The notes beneath the pieces were generated by a model that was not told the origin of the DNA, did not search any database, and was given only the letters and a program-made list of their open reading frames with translations. A stretch of 35,586 nt of DNA from Elusimicrobiales bacterium (GTDB lineage: Bacteria; Elusimicrobiota; Elusimicrobia; Elusimicrobiales; UBA9959), in the NCBI GenBank assembly GCA_049972095.1, contig JBMFKQ010000016.1:1-35586 (forward strand), given 5' to 3'. The position numbers were made by a program, and so were the translations under genes. The number at the start of each line of letters is the position of its first letter. Within the stretch, counting starts at the first letter, position 1. Below are positions 9,412 to 18,191 of this stretch, piece after piece.

Positions 9412-9995
9412 TTCATCCTTATAAAATCCTCATCCTCCCACTCGCCATACTTACCGCTTATAGCATAAAGGCGAGGATCCTCATAATTTTTCTCATCAAT
9501 CTCTTTAATCTTTCTTATCTTCTCCCTTATCTCTGCATATGAGATATCATATTTCTTTAGCCTTAAAGTCATAAAGTAAGAGCCAGCATACATTGGAAGA
9601 GAAAGTGCTATAAAAAGCCCAGCATAATTATGAATCCCAAGTCGCCAAAGCATCCATCCACACAAAGTAAGCCAGAAGGATATAACAAAAAGAGAACCAC
9701 AAAGTATGTAGCACACAGAGATAACAAAATCTGATGTTTTTGGAATTGCAAGCAGAACACTTAATATAGAAATATAAACCATTATAACTATTATTGACCT
9801 GAAAATCCAGTTTTTCCATCTGTCTTTTGAAAGAACAAGAACACCATAAATTGGATGATCAATTACTTCAGCATTTTCCCATTCTATATCTATCACACTC
9901 TTGAAATCCTGTGAGTGGGAGATGGTTTTTTGAGAATATAAACTAACCCCACAACTAACATATAAAAGGACAGAGAAAAACAAAAAAGTCTTCAT
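9408..9995 (-). CDS. Hypothetical integral membrane protein
   Basis: The track ORF extends to 10070. I prefer the internal Met at 9993-9995, which begins a signal/TM-like segment 'MKTFLFFSVLLYVSCG' and avoids a 74-nt overlap with the upstream ORF. Several TM helices. Confidence 0.5.
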   Translation of the reverse strand: MKTFLFFSVLLYVSCGVSLYSQKTISHSQDFKSVIDIEWENAEVIDHPIYGVLVLSKDRWKNWIFRSIIVIMVYISILSVLLAIPKTSDFVISVCYILCGSLFVISFWLTLCGWMLWRLGIHNYAGLFIALSLPMYAGSYFMTLRLKKYDISYAEIREKIRKIKEIDEKNYEDPRLYAISGKYGEWEDEDFIRMK

Positions 9996-9996
9996 A

Positions 9997-10287
9997 TCAC
10001 TCAGGCTTAAAATACTCCTCAATCTTATAAAAGGTAGAAGTTCTTTGAAGAGGAAGCATAAAACCCGCATCCTCTATTTTTTTAAGTTCCATTTTTGAAG
10101 CCTTGGTTTTTAGCTTTATCTTTGGCTTTAGCTCTGTCATATCAAAATAATGCCAGTAGGTTGTAACTATTGATGCAACCATACACGCAAGCATAACTCC
10201 GCTCCAAAAAATATTATCACGATCCCTTCTTATCCAATACTTATCTCTGAAAACCCTTATAAAAATCTTTATACTTTCCATATTCAT
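9997..10287 (-). CDS. Small single-TM protein (96 aa), hypothetical
   Basis: ATGA overlap with the valS stop. One hydrophobic helix 'GVMLACMVASIVTTYW'. Confidence 0.4.
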   Translation of the reverse strand: MNMESIKIFIRVFRDKYWIRRDRDNIFWSGVMLACMVASIVTTYWHYFDMTELKPKIKLKTKASKMELKKIEDAGFMLPLQRTSTFYKIEEYFKPE

Positions 10288-12968
10288 ATCTCGCTTATCA
10301 TCTCTTTAAGCCTTTCAAGTTTCTTCTTGTTTTCATCAACAAATCCCTTTATTCTCTCAATCTCACCTTGAGGCGCTTTTTCTATAAAATCCTGATTTGA
10401 AAGGGTGTTTGTATATCTATCAAGGGATTTAGCTATGTTTTCAATCTCCTTTTCAATCCTTTTTTTCTGCTTGACAGTATCTATATCACCATCAACTTTA
10501 ATATATATCTTGTATCCCCTTGCATAACCTTTAATAAATCTACCAGATCTGTTTAGAGAATATTCTATACTCTTAACCTTTGCAAGATGCTTTATATAGC
10601 TTTCAAAACTAACAAGGAATTTTCTCTCATCATCCCCCGATAATATAAAAACCTCTATCTCCTTTGCAGGATGAATAGCAAATTCTGATCTCAGAGTTCT
10701 TATCTCCCTCACCACATCCATAACAATCTGCATATGCGAGACTGCTGAATAATCTGAAAAATTAAAATCTTTAATCCTTGTCTCAATTAAAAACTCACTG
10801 CTTTCACCAAAATAAAACTTGAGATTTGAATATATCTCCTCTGTCACAAAGGGTATAAATGGGTGAAGCATCTTAATAGAACATTTCAAAACCTCAAGAA
10901 TAACAGCCATCTTTGTGTTTCTCTTATCACTTTTAAGATACATCTTTGATATCTCTATATACCAATCACAGAACTCATCCCAAACAAAGCCATAAATACT
11001 ATCAAGTGCTTCACTAACAAGATATTTATTCATCAGCGAACTATAGTTCTTTGAAACCTCACTTAGCCTTGTTAGTATCCACCTATCACAGACATCAAGG
11101 TCTTTTGAAAACTCAAATCTTTCACCATCCTTTATATTCATCAAAACAAACCTTGAAACATTGTAAAGCTTGTTTATAAAATTTCTTCCACCTATAATTG
11201 CATTCTCACAGAATAAAATATCTTTACCCCCAAGCGAATTTATCGCGATTGTAAACCTCATTGCATCAGTCCCATATTTCTTCATCATTTCAAGGGGATC
11301 AACAACATTTCCCTTTGACTTTGACATCTTCTGACCATGTTTATCTCTGACTATCCCATGAATATAAACCTTTGAAAAAGGTATCTTTCCTATATGAAAA
11401 AGCCCTGACATTATCATCCTTGCAACCCAGAGATAAAGTATTTCATAACCTGTAACAAGAAGCGATGTTGGATAGAAATAATTAAGCTCCTCAGTTTTTT
11501 TAGGCCATCCAAAGACAGAAAACGGCCATAAAGCTGACGAAAACCATGTATCAAGCACATCAGGGTCTTGAACCATATCACAAGACCCACATACAGGACA
11601 TATTGCCGGCTTAACCTCACAGACAATAGGTTTAGCCCCTTTCTCCATCATAACCTTAACCACATCTCCATTATCATTAAAGATAAGTCCATTTCTACTG
11701 CAACTTTTGCAATAATATGCCGGAATTCTATGCCCCCACCATATCTGTCTTGATATGCACCAATCCTCTATCTGATTGAGCCAGTCAACAATCATTTTCT
11801 TCCATTTATCAGGATAGAAGCTTATATCATTTCTAAGGATCACATCTATTGCTTTTTCAGCAAGTGGCTTGGTTCTAACAAACCACTGCTCACTTACAAG
11901 GGGCTCTATATAACTATCACACCTTGAACATCTTCCAACATTATGCACATAAGTCTCTTCCTTCACAAGAAAACCTTCCTTTTCAAGGTCCTTAACAATC
12001 TCTTGCCTTGCTTTAATCGTATTCATACCTATATATTTTTGTGGACAGTTTATCATCCTTCCATCATCTGATATAACCCTTATTGACTCAAGATTATGAG
12101 TTTTTGATATTTCAAAATCAAGTGGGTCATGGGCTGGTGTTATCTTAAGAGCACCCGTTCCAAAATCCTTATCAACTCTCTCATCAGCAATAACCTTTAT
12201 TCTTCTCTTTACAAGCGGAAGGATAAGATATCTCCCAATACAATCCTTATACCTCTCATCATGAGGATTAACACCCACAGCACTATCTCCAAGCATCGTC
12301 TCAGGTCTTGTTGTTGCAATAGTTATGAAACCCAAGCTACTATCCTCAAATGGGTATTTTATATACCAGAGTTTTGATTTCTCCTCCTCATATTCAACCT
12401 CTATATCGCTAAGCGCGGTATAGCATCTTGGACACCAGTTTATCATCCTCTTACCACGGTATATAAGCCCCTTCTTCCAAAGTTCCACAAATGCTGTTTT
12501 TACAGCAATGCTTCTTTCCTCATCCATTGTAAATCTTACATTCTTTTTAGAAAAATCTATTGAACAGCCAAGCTTTTTAAGCTGACTAAGTATTGTATTC
12601 CCACACTCTTCATACCATTTCCACATCCTTTTTAAAAACTCTTCTCTCCCAATATCATTTCTTGAAACTCCTTCATTTTTAAGGATTTTCTCCATAACAT
12701 TTTGAGTTGCAATACCACCATGATCAGTTCCTACAACCCAGTATGTATTTTCACCTATCATTCTTCTGTAGCGTATTATAATATCCTGAAGTGTATTGTT
12801 AAGGGCATGCCCCATATGAAGTGCACCTGTTATATTAGGGGGTGGGATAACAATAGTAAAAGGTTTTTTTGATCTATCTATTCTTGGAGAAAAAAGACCA
12901 GCCTTCTGCCATGCCTCAACCCACTTCTCCTCAACACCTAAAGGGTTATAAACCTTATCCATAAACAC
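10284..12968 (-). CDS. valS: Valine--tRNA ligase
   Basis: HIGH motif 'PPPNITGALHMGHAL' and KMSKS motif 'KMSKSKGNVVDP'. 894 aa with the characteristic C-terminal coiled coil. TGA stop. Confidence 0.93.
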   Translation of the reverse strand: MFMDKVYNPLGVEEKWVEAWQKAGLFSPRIDRSKKPFTIVIPPPNITGALHMGHALNNTLQDIIIRYRRMIGENTYWVVGTDHGGIATQNVMEKILKNEGVSRNDIGREEFLKRMWKWYEECGNTILSQLKKLGCSIDFSKKNVRFTMDEERSIAVKTAFVELWKKGLIYRGKRMINWCPRCYTALSDIEVEYEEEKSKLWYIKYPFEDSSLGFITIATTRPETMLGDSAVGVNPHDERYKDCIGRYLILPLVKRRIKVIADERVDKDFGTGALKITPAHDPLDFEISKTHNLESIRVISDDGRMINCPQKYIGMNTIKARQEIVKDLEKEGFLVKEETYVHNVGRCSRCDSYIEPLVSEQWFVRTKPLAEKAIDVILRNDISFYPDKWKKMIVDWLNQIEDWCISRQIWWGHRIPAYYCKSCSRNGLIFNDNGDVVKVMMEKGAKPIVCEVKPAICPVCGSCDMVQDPDVLDTWFSSALWPFSVFGWPKKTEELNYFYPTSLLVTGYEILYLWVARMIMSGLFHIGKIPFSKVYIHGIVRDKHGQKMSKSKGNVVDPLEMMKKYGTDAMRFTIAINSLGGKDILFCENAIIGGRNFINKLYNVSRFVLMNIKDGERFEFSKDLDVCDRWILTRLSEVSKNYSSLMNKYLVSEALDSIYGFVWDEFCDWYIEISKMYLKSDKRNTKMAVILEVLKCSIKMLHPFIPFVTEEIYSNLKFYFGESSEFLIETRIKDFNFSDYSAVSHMQIVMDVVREIRTLRSEFAIHPAKEIEVFILSGDDERKFLVSFESYIKHLAKVKSIEYSLNRSGRFIKGYARGYKIYIKVDGDIDTVKQKKRIEKEIENIAKSLDRYTNTLSNQDFIEKAPQGEIERIKGFVDENKKKLERLKEMISEI

Positions 12969-12972
12969 CCCT

Positions 12973-14073
12973 TTATCTCATCATCGAAGAAACTATACTG
13001 TTTGAGACAAAAATATACTGCTTCTTTATTCTAACTGCACCACCAATTTCCTCAATATAACCTTCTGAAATCTTCTGTTCTATTTCTTTCCTAAAAAAAT
13101 TAAAAACATCACACCCAACATCAATCCCCTCTCTCTTTCTAAGATAAAGCATCAGCTTCTCATTCATAACATCATTTTCATCGAGTTTCTCATAATAATC
13201 TAATTCTATTTTACCATTATTGAGAGCTTTAATGTAAGAAGGCAGATCTGTGATATTACGCCATCTTTCATATCCAATACATGATGATGCTCCCGGCCCA
13301 AAGCCAAGATAATCACCCCTGTTCCAGTAGTTAAGATTATGAAGGGATTGATAACCTTTTAAACAAAAGTTTGATATCTCATAATGAATATAACCACATT
13401 TCTCAAGAAAATCCACAGATTTTTCATATATATCTCTTTGACTGTTCTCATCAACCTCAACATTCCCATAAAATGAAGTGTTTTTATGTATCTCAAGAGG
13501 ATAGAGGGAGATATGATTTGGTCTTAAATCAACAACCTTTTTTAGTGATCTTTTAAAGCCTTCAAAACTCTGTGCTGGAAGACCATAGATAAGATCTACA
13601 TTAACATTAAAATTGCCAAGAAGTGAATAAACCCTTAGAAAATCATCAAAAGAGTGTGTTCTTCCAAGAAAGGAAAGCTCTTTCTCATCCGTTGACTGAA
13701 GACCGATAGATATCCTTCCAACACCGCATCTTTCAAGGAGTCTTAGTTTTGAAGCAGTAAGACTATCTGGGTTTGCTTCAAAGGTTATTTCTTTAAGTCT
13801 CTTCAAATCAATATATCTGCTTACAATATCAAAAATACTCTCAATATCATCTTCATCAACAATAGATGGTGTTCCACCGCCGATATAAAGGGTTTTTAGT
13901 AAATCAATTTTTTTACTAATCATCAAAGCTCTAATCTCAAACTCCATCTTAAGAGCTTTTATATAGGCATCTTTAAGTGATAACAACGGCACAGAATAAA
14001 AATCACAATAACTACACTTTTTTCTACAGAAAGGAATATGGATGTAGAGAGAGAAAAAGGGTTTAAGCATCAA
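12973..14073 (-). CDS. hemW: Radical SAM heme chaperone HemW / HemN-like (coproporphyrinogen III oxidase family)
   Basis: CxxxCxxC 'CRKKCSYCDF' near the N-terminus. Size of 366 aa is typical of HemW. Confidence 0.8.
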   Translation of the reverse strand: MMLKPFFSLYIHIPFCRKKCSYCDFYSVPLLSLKDAYIKALKMEFEIRALMISKKIDLLKTLYIGGGTPSIVDEDDIESIFDIVSRYIDLKRLKEITFEANPDSLTASKLRLLERCGVGRISIGLQSTDEKELSFLGRTHSFDDFLRVYSLLGNFNVNVDLIYGLPAQSFEGFKRSLKKVVDLRPNHISLYPLEIHKNTSFYGNVEVDENSQRDIYEKSVDFLEKCGYIHYEISNFCLKGYQSLHNLNYWNRGDYLGFGPGASSCIGYERWRNITDLPSYIKALNNGKIELDYYEKLDENDVMNEKLMLYLRKREGIDVGCDVFNFFRKEIEQKISEGYIEEIGGAVRIKKQYIFVSNSIVSSMMR

Positions 14074-14091
14074 ATAAAACAGAAAACTTTA

Positions 14092-14832
14092 TCAGCTTTT
14101 CTTTTCAGTAAATGCCTTAAGAAGCTCTATTGGTATTGGAAAAACAACAGTTGATTGATTTTCTGTAGCAATCTCAGTTAATGTCTGAAGATACCTAAGC
14201 TGAAGAGCTACAGGATTGGCAGATATAATGTTTGATGCCTCAATAAGCTTTTGTGCTGCCTGAAACTCACCATCTGCATTTATTATCTTTGCCCTTCTTT
14301 CCCTTTCAGCCTCTGCTTGGCGGGCTATAGCTCTTTGCATCTCCTGAGGGATATCAACATTTTTAATCTCAACTGCACTTACCTTTATGCCCCAGGGTTC
14401 TGTATGCTGATCAAGAATCTTTTGTAGCTCTTGATTTATTTTATCTCTGTTTGTAAGAAGATCATCAAGCTCCTGTTGGCCCAAAACGCTTCTGAGTGTT
14501 GTTTGAGCAAACTGGCTTGTTGAATACATATATCTTTCAACATTTAAAACTGCCTTATCAGGATATATAACCCTGAAATACACAACAGCATTTACCTTCA
14601 CAGGTATATTATCCTTTGTTATTATATCCTGAGAAGGAACATCAAATGTAACAACCCTTGTATCTATCTTAATCATCTTTTGAACTACCGGAATTATTAT
14701 AACAAGCCCTGGCCCTTTAACCCCAGTGAATCTACCAAGAGTAAAAACAACACCTCTTTCATATTCATTGAGAATATTTATAGCACTCATAAGAATAAAC
14801 ACGAGTATTATGATTAAAGGTAGCATTGTCAT
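14092..14832 (-). CDS. SPFH/band-7 (stomatin/prohibitin-like) membrane protein
   Basis: N-terminal TM then '[20 protein letters not shown]...' SPFH core, followed by an Ala/Glu-rich coiled-coil tail. Confidence 0.8.
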   Translation of the reverse strand: MTMLPLIIILVFILMSAINILNEYERGVVFTLGRFTGVKGPGLVIIIPVVQKMIKIDTRVVTFDVPSQDIITKDNIPVKVNAVVYFRVIYPDKAVLNVERYMYSTSQFAQTTLRSVLGQQELDDLLTNRDKINQELQKILDQHTEPWGIKVSAVEIKNVDIPQEMQRAIARQAEAERERRAKIINADGEFQAAQKLIEASNIISANPVALQLRYLQTLTEIATENQSTVVFPIPIELLKAFTEKKS

Positions 14833-14911
14833 AGTTCCTCCCTTTATTAAAGAATTCTAACATATTTTAAATCAGAATTCAAATAAATGTAAGATGTATC
14901 CAAGCTCTAAT

Positions 14912-15846
14912 TTATTTTTGTAACTCCTCAAGAATAAATCTAAAATTCGGGTTAATTTCGAGAGTTCGCTCAAAGTATTTCTCTGCTTCATCCGTGTTTT
15001 TGAGGTAGTATTTATATACCTTACCAAGCCAGTATAAACACCAGGTATTGTTTGGGTTTAGTTTAAGTGATTCTTTAAAGTATTCTACTGCTTTTTGAGG
15101 ATTGTTGTTGGAGAGATATGCCCTTGCAAGAACATAATAGCTTTCATAGTTAGGTTTTAATTCAGCCGCTTTTTTTGCTAATTTGAGTGCTTCCCCTGGG
15201 TTTATACCTGACTCACAGTATATTAAAGCAAGTCTGAATAGTTTTCTGAATAGTATAAACTAAAGTGTGAATAGTTTAATCTACATTTTGGTTTTTTCTC
15301 TATCTGCTTTTTTATGTATTTTTTTGCAGTAAGCACTGTTTCTCTAATTTTTCTCTGATTCTTTTTCTCCTTGTAGATTAAAACTTTCAACCAGTAAGCA
15401 TAATTAAAGTATGGTGATTCTTTTTTCATACCAAGTGCCTTGTTTATTTGTTTTAGTGCTTCATCAAGTTTCCCTTGCATAAAATACACTTCACCGATGA
15501 CTCCAATAGGATCTTCAAATTCCGGGTCAAGTTTTATTGCTTTATTCTAGTCAGAAATTGCACGATCATATTCGCCTTTAGTAGTATAAGCAATCCCGCG
15601 GTTGAAGTAGGAAATGGCTAAATTTTTGTCACCATCACTATATGTCCACGCATTAATTGCTTTTGTATAATACTCTATTTGCATATCCGAGTCTTTTGCT
15701 TCATAACCCCTATTAAACCAATACTCAAAATCACTATAACCAAAGACAAAGCCATAAGACAAAAAAAACATCAAACTAAAAAGAGCCAATCTTTTTGTTT
15801 TTGCTGCTGATACTATCTTCTTTATATGCACTTCTATTTTCAACAA
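14912..15846 (-). pseudogene. TPR-repeat protein with a signal/TM N-terminus. It is disrupted by an in-frame TAG (15547-15549) and a -1 frameshift between about 15223 and 15275.
   Basis: Track ORFs 15547..15846 and 15223..15489 are in the same frame, separated only by TAG. The combined reading is '...YDRAISD*NKAIKLDPEF...', where the stop sits exactly where TPR consensus has Tyr. A third, start-less open frame runs 14912-15275 and encodes further clean TPRs ('...PGEALKLAKKAAELKPNYESYYVLARAYLSNNNPQKAVEYFKESLKLNPNN...'). Confidence 0.6.
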
Positions 15847-15863
15847 TTATTATTCCTTCTCAC

Positions 15864-16784
15864 TCAGAAAACCTCTTCAAGCCGTTTTATTCTTTCATCA
15901 AGTGGTGGATGTGTTGAGAAGAGCCTCATGAGTTTTGAGCCTGATGATATCTTAAATGCCACAAAAGACTCATTATGGGTTAGATCTGCTCTTTCAATAG
16001 TTTTCTTAAGTTTTTTTAATGCTGCAATCATCTTTTCTTTGCCACCAAGCCTTGCCCCTCCTTCATCAGCCTTAAACTCTCTGTATCTTGAAAACCATGC
16101 AATCAACATCATAGCAAAAAAGCTCAATAATATCTCAAGAATCATTGTTACAAAATATCTCAACCATGGTGATGATTCTCTGTCATCCCTCTTAGATGCT
16201 GTAAGTGCAAATGCTATAACCCTTGCAAGAAACATCACAATAGCGTTTATAACTCCCTGAAGCAAGGTCATTGTAACCATATCACCATTTGCTATATGAC
16301 TAACCTCATGAGAAAGAACCCCCTCTATCTCATCCTCATCCATTGTCTCAAGAAGCCCACTTGATACAGCAACAAGGGATCTGTTTCTTGTTGGACCTGT
16401 TGCAAATGCATTGACCTCAGGACTGAAATATATACCAACCTCGGGCATCCTCGAAATGCCAGCATTTCTTGCAAGTCTATAAACTGTCTCAACAAGCCAC
16501 CTTAAATCAGGATCCTGAGTACTGGGATCCACAACTCTTACTCCCATCATCCATTTAGCCATCATTCTTGAAAATCCAAGCGATATAAAAGCACCAACCA
16601 TACCCCACACAAGACAGAAGGCAAGAAGTGAGCTATAATCAATACCGCTTGCAGTAAGATATGGTCTTATTCCAAGTATGTTGAGAGTAAGAGATATCGT
16701 AACTATAACAAGTACATTGAGAATAATGAAAAGAAACACCCTTTTTGCAAGTCTTAAAAGCCACATATTCCCTCCTTTAAGCAT
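15864..16784 (-). CDS. htpX: Zinc metalloprotease HtpX (peptidase M48)
   Basis: HExxH 'HEVSHIANGD' between TM helices. 4-TM topology. Conserved C-terminal 'HPPLDERI'. Confidence 0.85.
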   Translation of the reverse strand: MLKGGNMWLLRLAKRVFLFIILNVLVIVTISLTLNILGIRPYLTASGIDYSSLLAFCLVWGMVGAFISLGFSRMMAKWMMGVRVVDPSTQDPDLRWLVETVYRLARNAGISRMPEVGIYFSPEVNAFATGPTRNRSLVAVSSGLLETMDEDEIEGVLSHEVSHIANGDMVTMTLLQGVINAIVMFLARVIAFALTASKRDDRESSPWLRYFVTMILEILLSFFAMMLIAWFSRYREFKADEGGARLGGKEKMIAALKKLKKTIERADLTHNESFVAFKISSGSKLMRLFSTHPPLDERIKRLEEVF

Positions 16785-16799
16785 AAGAGTTTTTAAAAA

Positions 16800-16873
16800 C
16801 GGCCTGTACGGGATTCGAACCCGTGATCTCCGCCTTGAGAGGGCGGCGTCCTGGGCCGCTAGACGAACAGGCC
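16800..16873 (-). tRNA. tRNA-Glu (anticodon CUC), no encoded CCA
   Basis: Minus-strand read: GGCCTGT/ACAGGCC acceptor stem, anticodon stem CCGCC/GGCGG with loop CUCUCAA, T-arm ACGGG-TTCGAAT-CCCGT. Near-identical to E. coli tRNA-Glu except for the anticodon. Confidence 0.85.
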
Positions 16874-17027
16874 ATCAGTATAATTTTACAAAAAAATACT
16901 CCTCTTTAAAAACTTTTTTGATTTATTCTGTCTATTAAAATCTCTTTAAATTTTAGTAAAGAAACCATCCTAACAAGGCTTATTGTTTTTTCTTTCTACA
17001 TTACAGGAAGATTACTGATTTTCAAAC

Positions 17028-18179
17028 TCATTTCAGTTTTTCTTGGCCGGCGTAATTTCTGTCTAATCTAAAATTCACAATCATATCATCGTCTCTCTTT
17101 CTTCTTCCACAAAGTATCTCTGTTATTATCCAACCAAGCCCAGGGCCGAGCATAAATCCCTGACCACACATACCAACAGCCAATATATAATTCTCAATTC
17201 CTCCAGCATCAAAATCAACAATCGGAAATCCATCAGGTGTCATAGGATAAAGCCCTTTCCATATCCTTCTTACCTTTATGCTTTCAAGACTTGGAATGAG
17301 TTTAAGCATCCTTCTTGCCATTTCATTTATATGAAACGAGTCTGAGGATATATCATAACCCCAAATAGGTGGCTCCGGTGTAAGACAAAATATTATCTGA
17401 CCTTCAAAATTCTGATAAAAATAAAAATTCTTTGAGTTTTCGCCCTTTCTTATGTCAACAAGCATTGGAAACATAAATCTTTCAACTGGTTCTGTTATTC
17501 CAGCAGGATGTGAATCTGGCTTAACAGGGACATCAACCCCAACCATCATTGAAACTGATTTGGCATGCGCTCCTGCTGCATTTATAAAATATCTGGAGGA
17601 ATATGTTGACTTATCTGTCTTTATTATAAAATTTCCACCTTCGTCCTTCTTTACCTCATTGATAAGCTCATTAAAAACAAAAACTGTACCATATTCAATG
17701 GATTTAAAATAAAAAGCATTTATTGAAAGGAGAGGTGATGCTGAACCATCATCAGCTGAATATGTTGCACCCCTTAAATCCTCATCGTTTATTCCCTTCA
17801 CAATCTCCTTAACATCATCACTGCTTATCCATCTTATATTAAGACCATATCTTTTTTGAACTACAAGAAGATCCTTCAAAAGCCTTTCATCCCTCTCCTC
17901 ATAAACAGGAAAGATATATCCTCCCTTAAACCAGCCAATGTCATCACCATATCTTTCCTTCCAGGTAGAAAATATCTCAATGCTCTTAAGACATGTTTTA
18001 ATCTTTGAAGCATCAGAATGAGTTGCCCTTATGCCTCCTATAGCAGCACGGTTCTGCCCCCTTCCCGGTGATGAATTTTTTTCGATGACACATACCTTAA
18101 ACCCCTCTTTTGAAAGAAACATTGAAAGAGGAACCCCCACACTTCCAGCACCTGCTATTATTATATCAAAGACCCTCAT
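17028..18179 (-). CDS. FAD-dependent oxidoreductase, DAO family (sarcosine oxidase beta / proline dehydrogenase beta-like subunit)
   Basis: N-terminal GxGxxG 'IIIAGAGSVGVPLSMFL' followed by 'VCVIEKN'. About 380 aa, the size of the DAO fold. Confidence 0.75.
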   Translation of the reverse strand: MRVFDIIIAGAGSVGVPLSMFLSKEGFKVCVIEKNSSPGRGQNRAAIGGIRATHSDASKIKTCLKSIEIFSTWKERYGDDIGWFKGGYIFPVYEERDERLLKDLLVVQKRYGLNIRWISSDDVKEIVKGINDEDLRGATYSADDGSASPLLSINAFYFKSIEYGTVFVFNELINEVKKDEGGNFIIKTDKSTYSSRYFINAAGAHAKSVSMMVGVDVPVKPDSHPAGITEPVERFMFPMLVDIRKGENSKNFYFYQNFEGQIIFCLTPEPPIWGYDISSDSFHINEMARRMLKLIPSLESIKVRRIWKGLYPMTPDGFPIVDFDAGGIENYILAVGMCGQGFMLGPGLGWIITEILCGRRKRDDDMIVNFRLDRNYAGQEKLK

Positions 18180-18191
18180 AACCTTCCTTAC

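Noticed and set aside
9408-10070. Track start codon at 10070 for the 220-aa membrane protein
   Set aside because: It would overlap the upstream 96-aa ORF by 74 nt. The internal Met at 9993-9995 begins a signal/TM segment and leaves a 1-nt gap, so I prefer that start. The longer form cannot be excluded.
15547-15549. TAG reassigned as a sense codon (alternative genetic code) to explain the in-frame TAG in the TPR gene
   Set aside because: The 694-aa oxidoreductase (18192..20276) terminates cleanly with TAG at a position consistent with homologous C-termini. The same TPR gene also has a frameshift. Pseudogenisation or sequencing error is more parsimonious.
15826-16260. 144-aa plus-strand ORF
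   Set aside because: It is fully antisense to htpX, which has a clear HExxH motif and TM topology.
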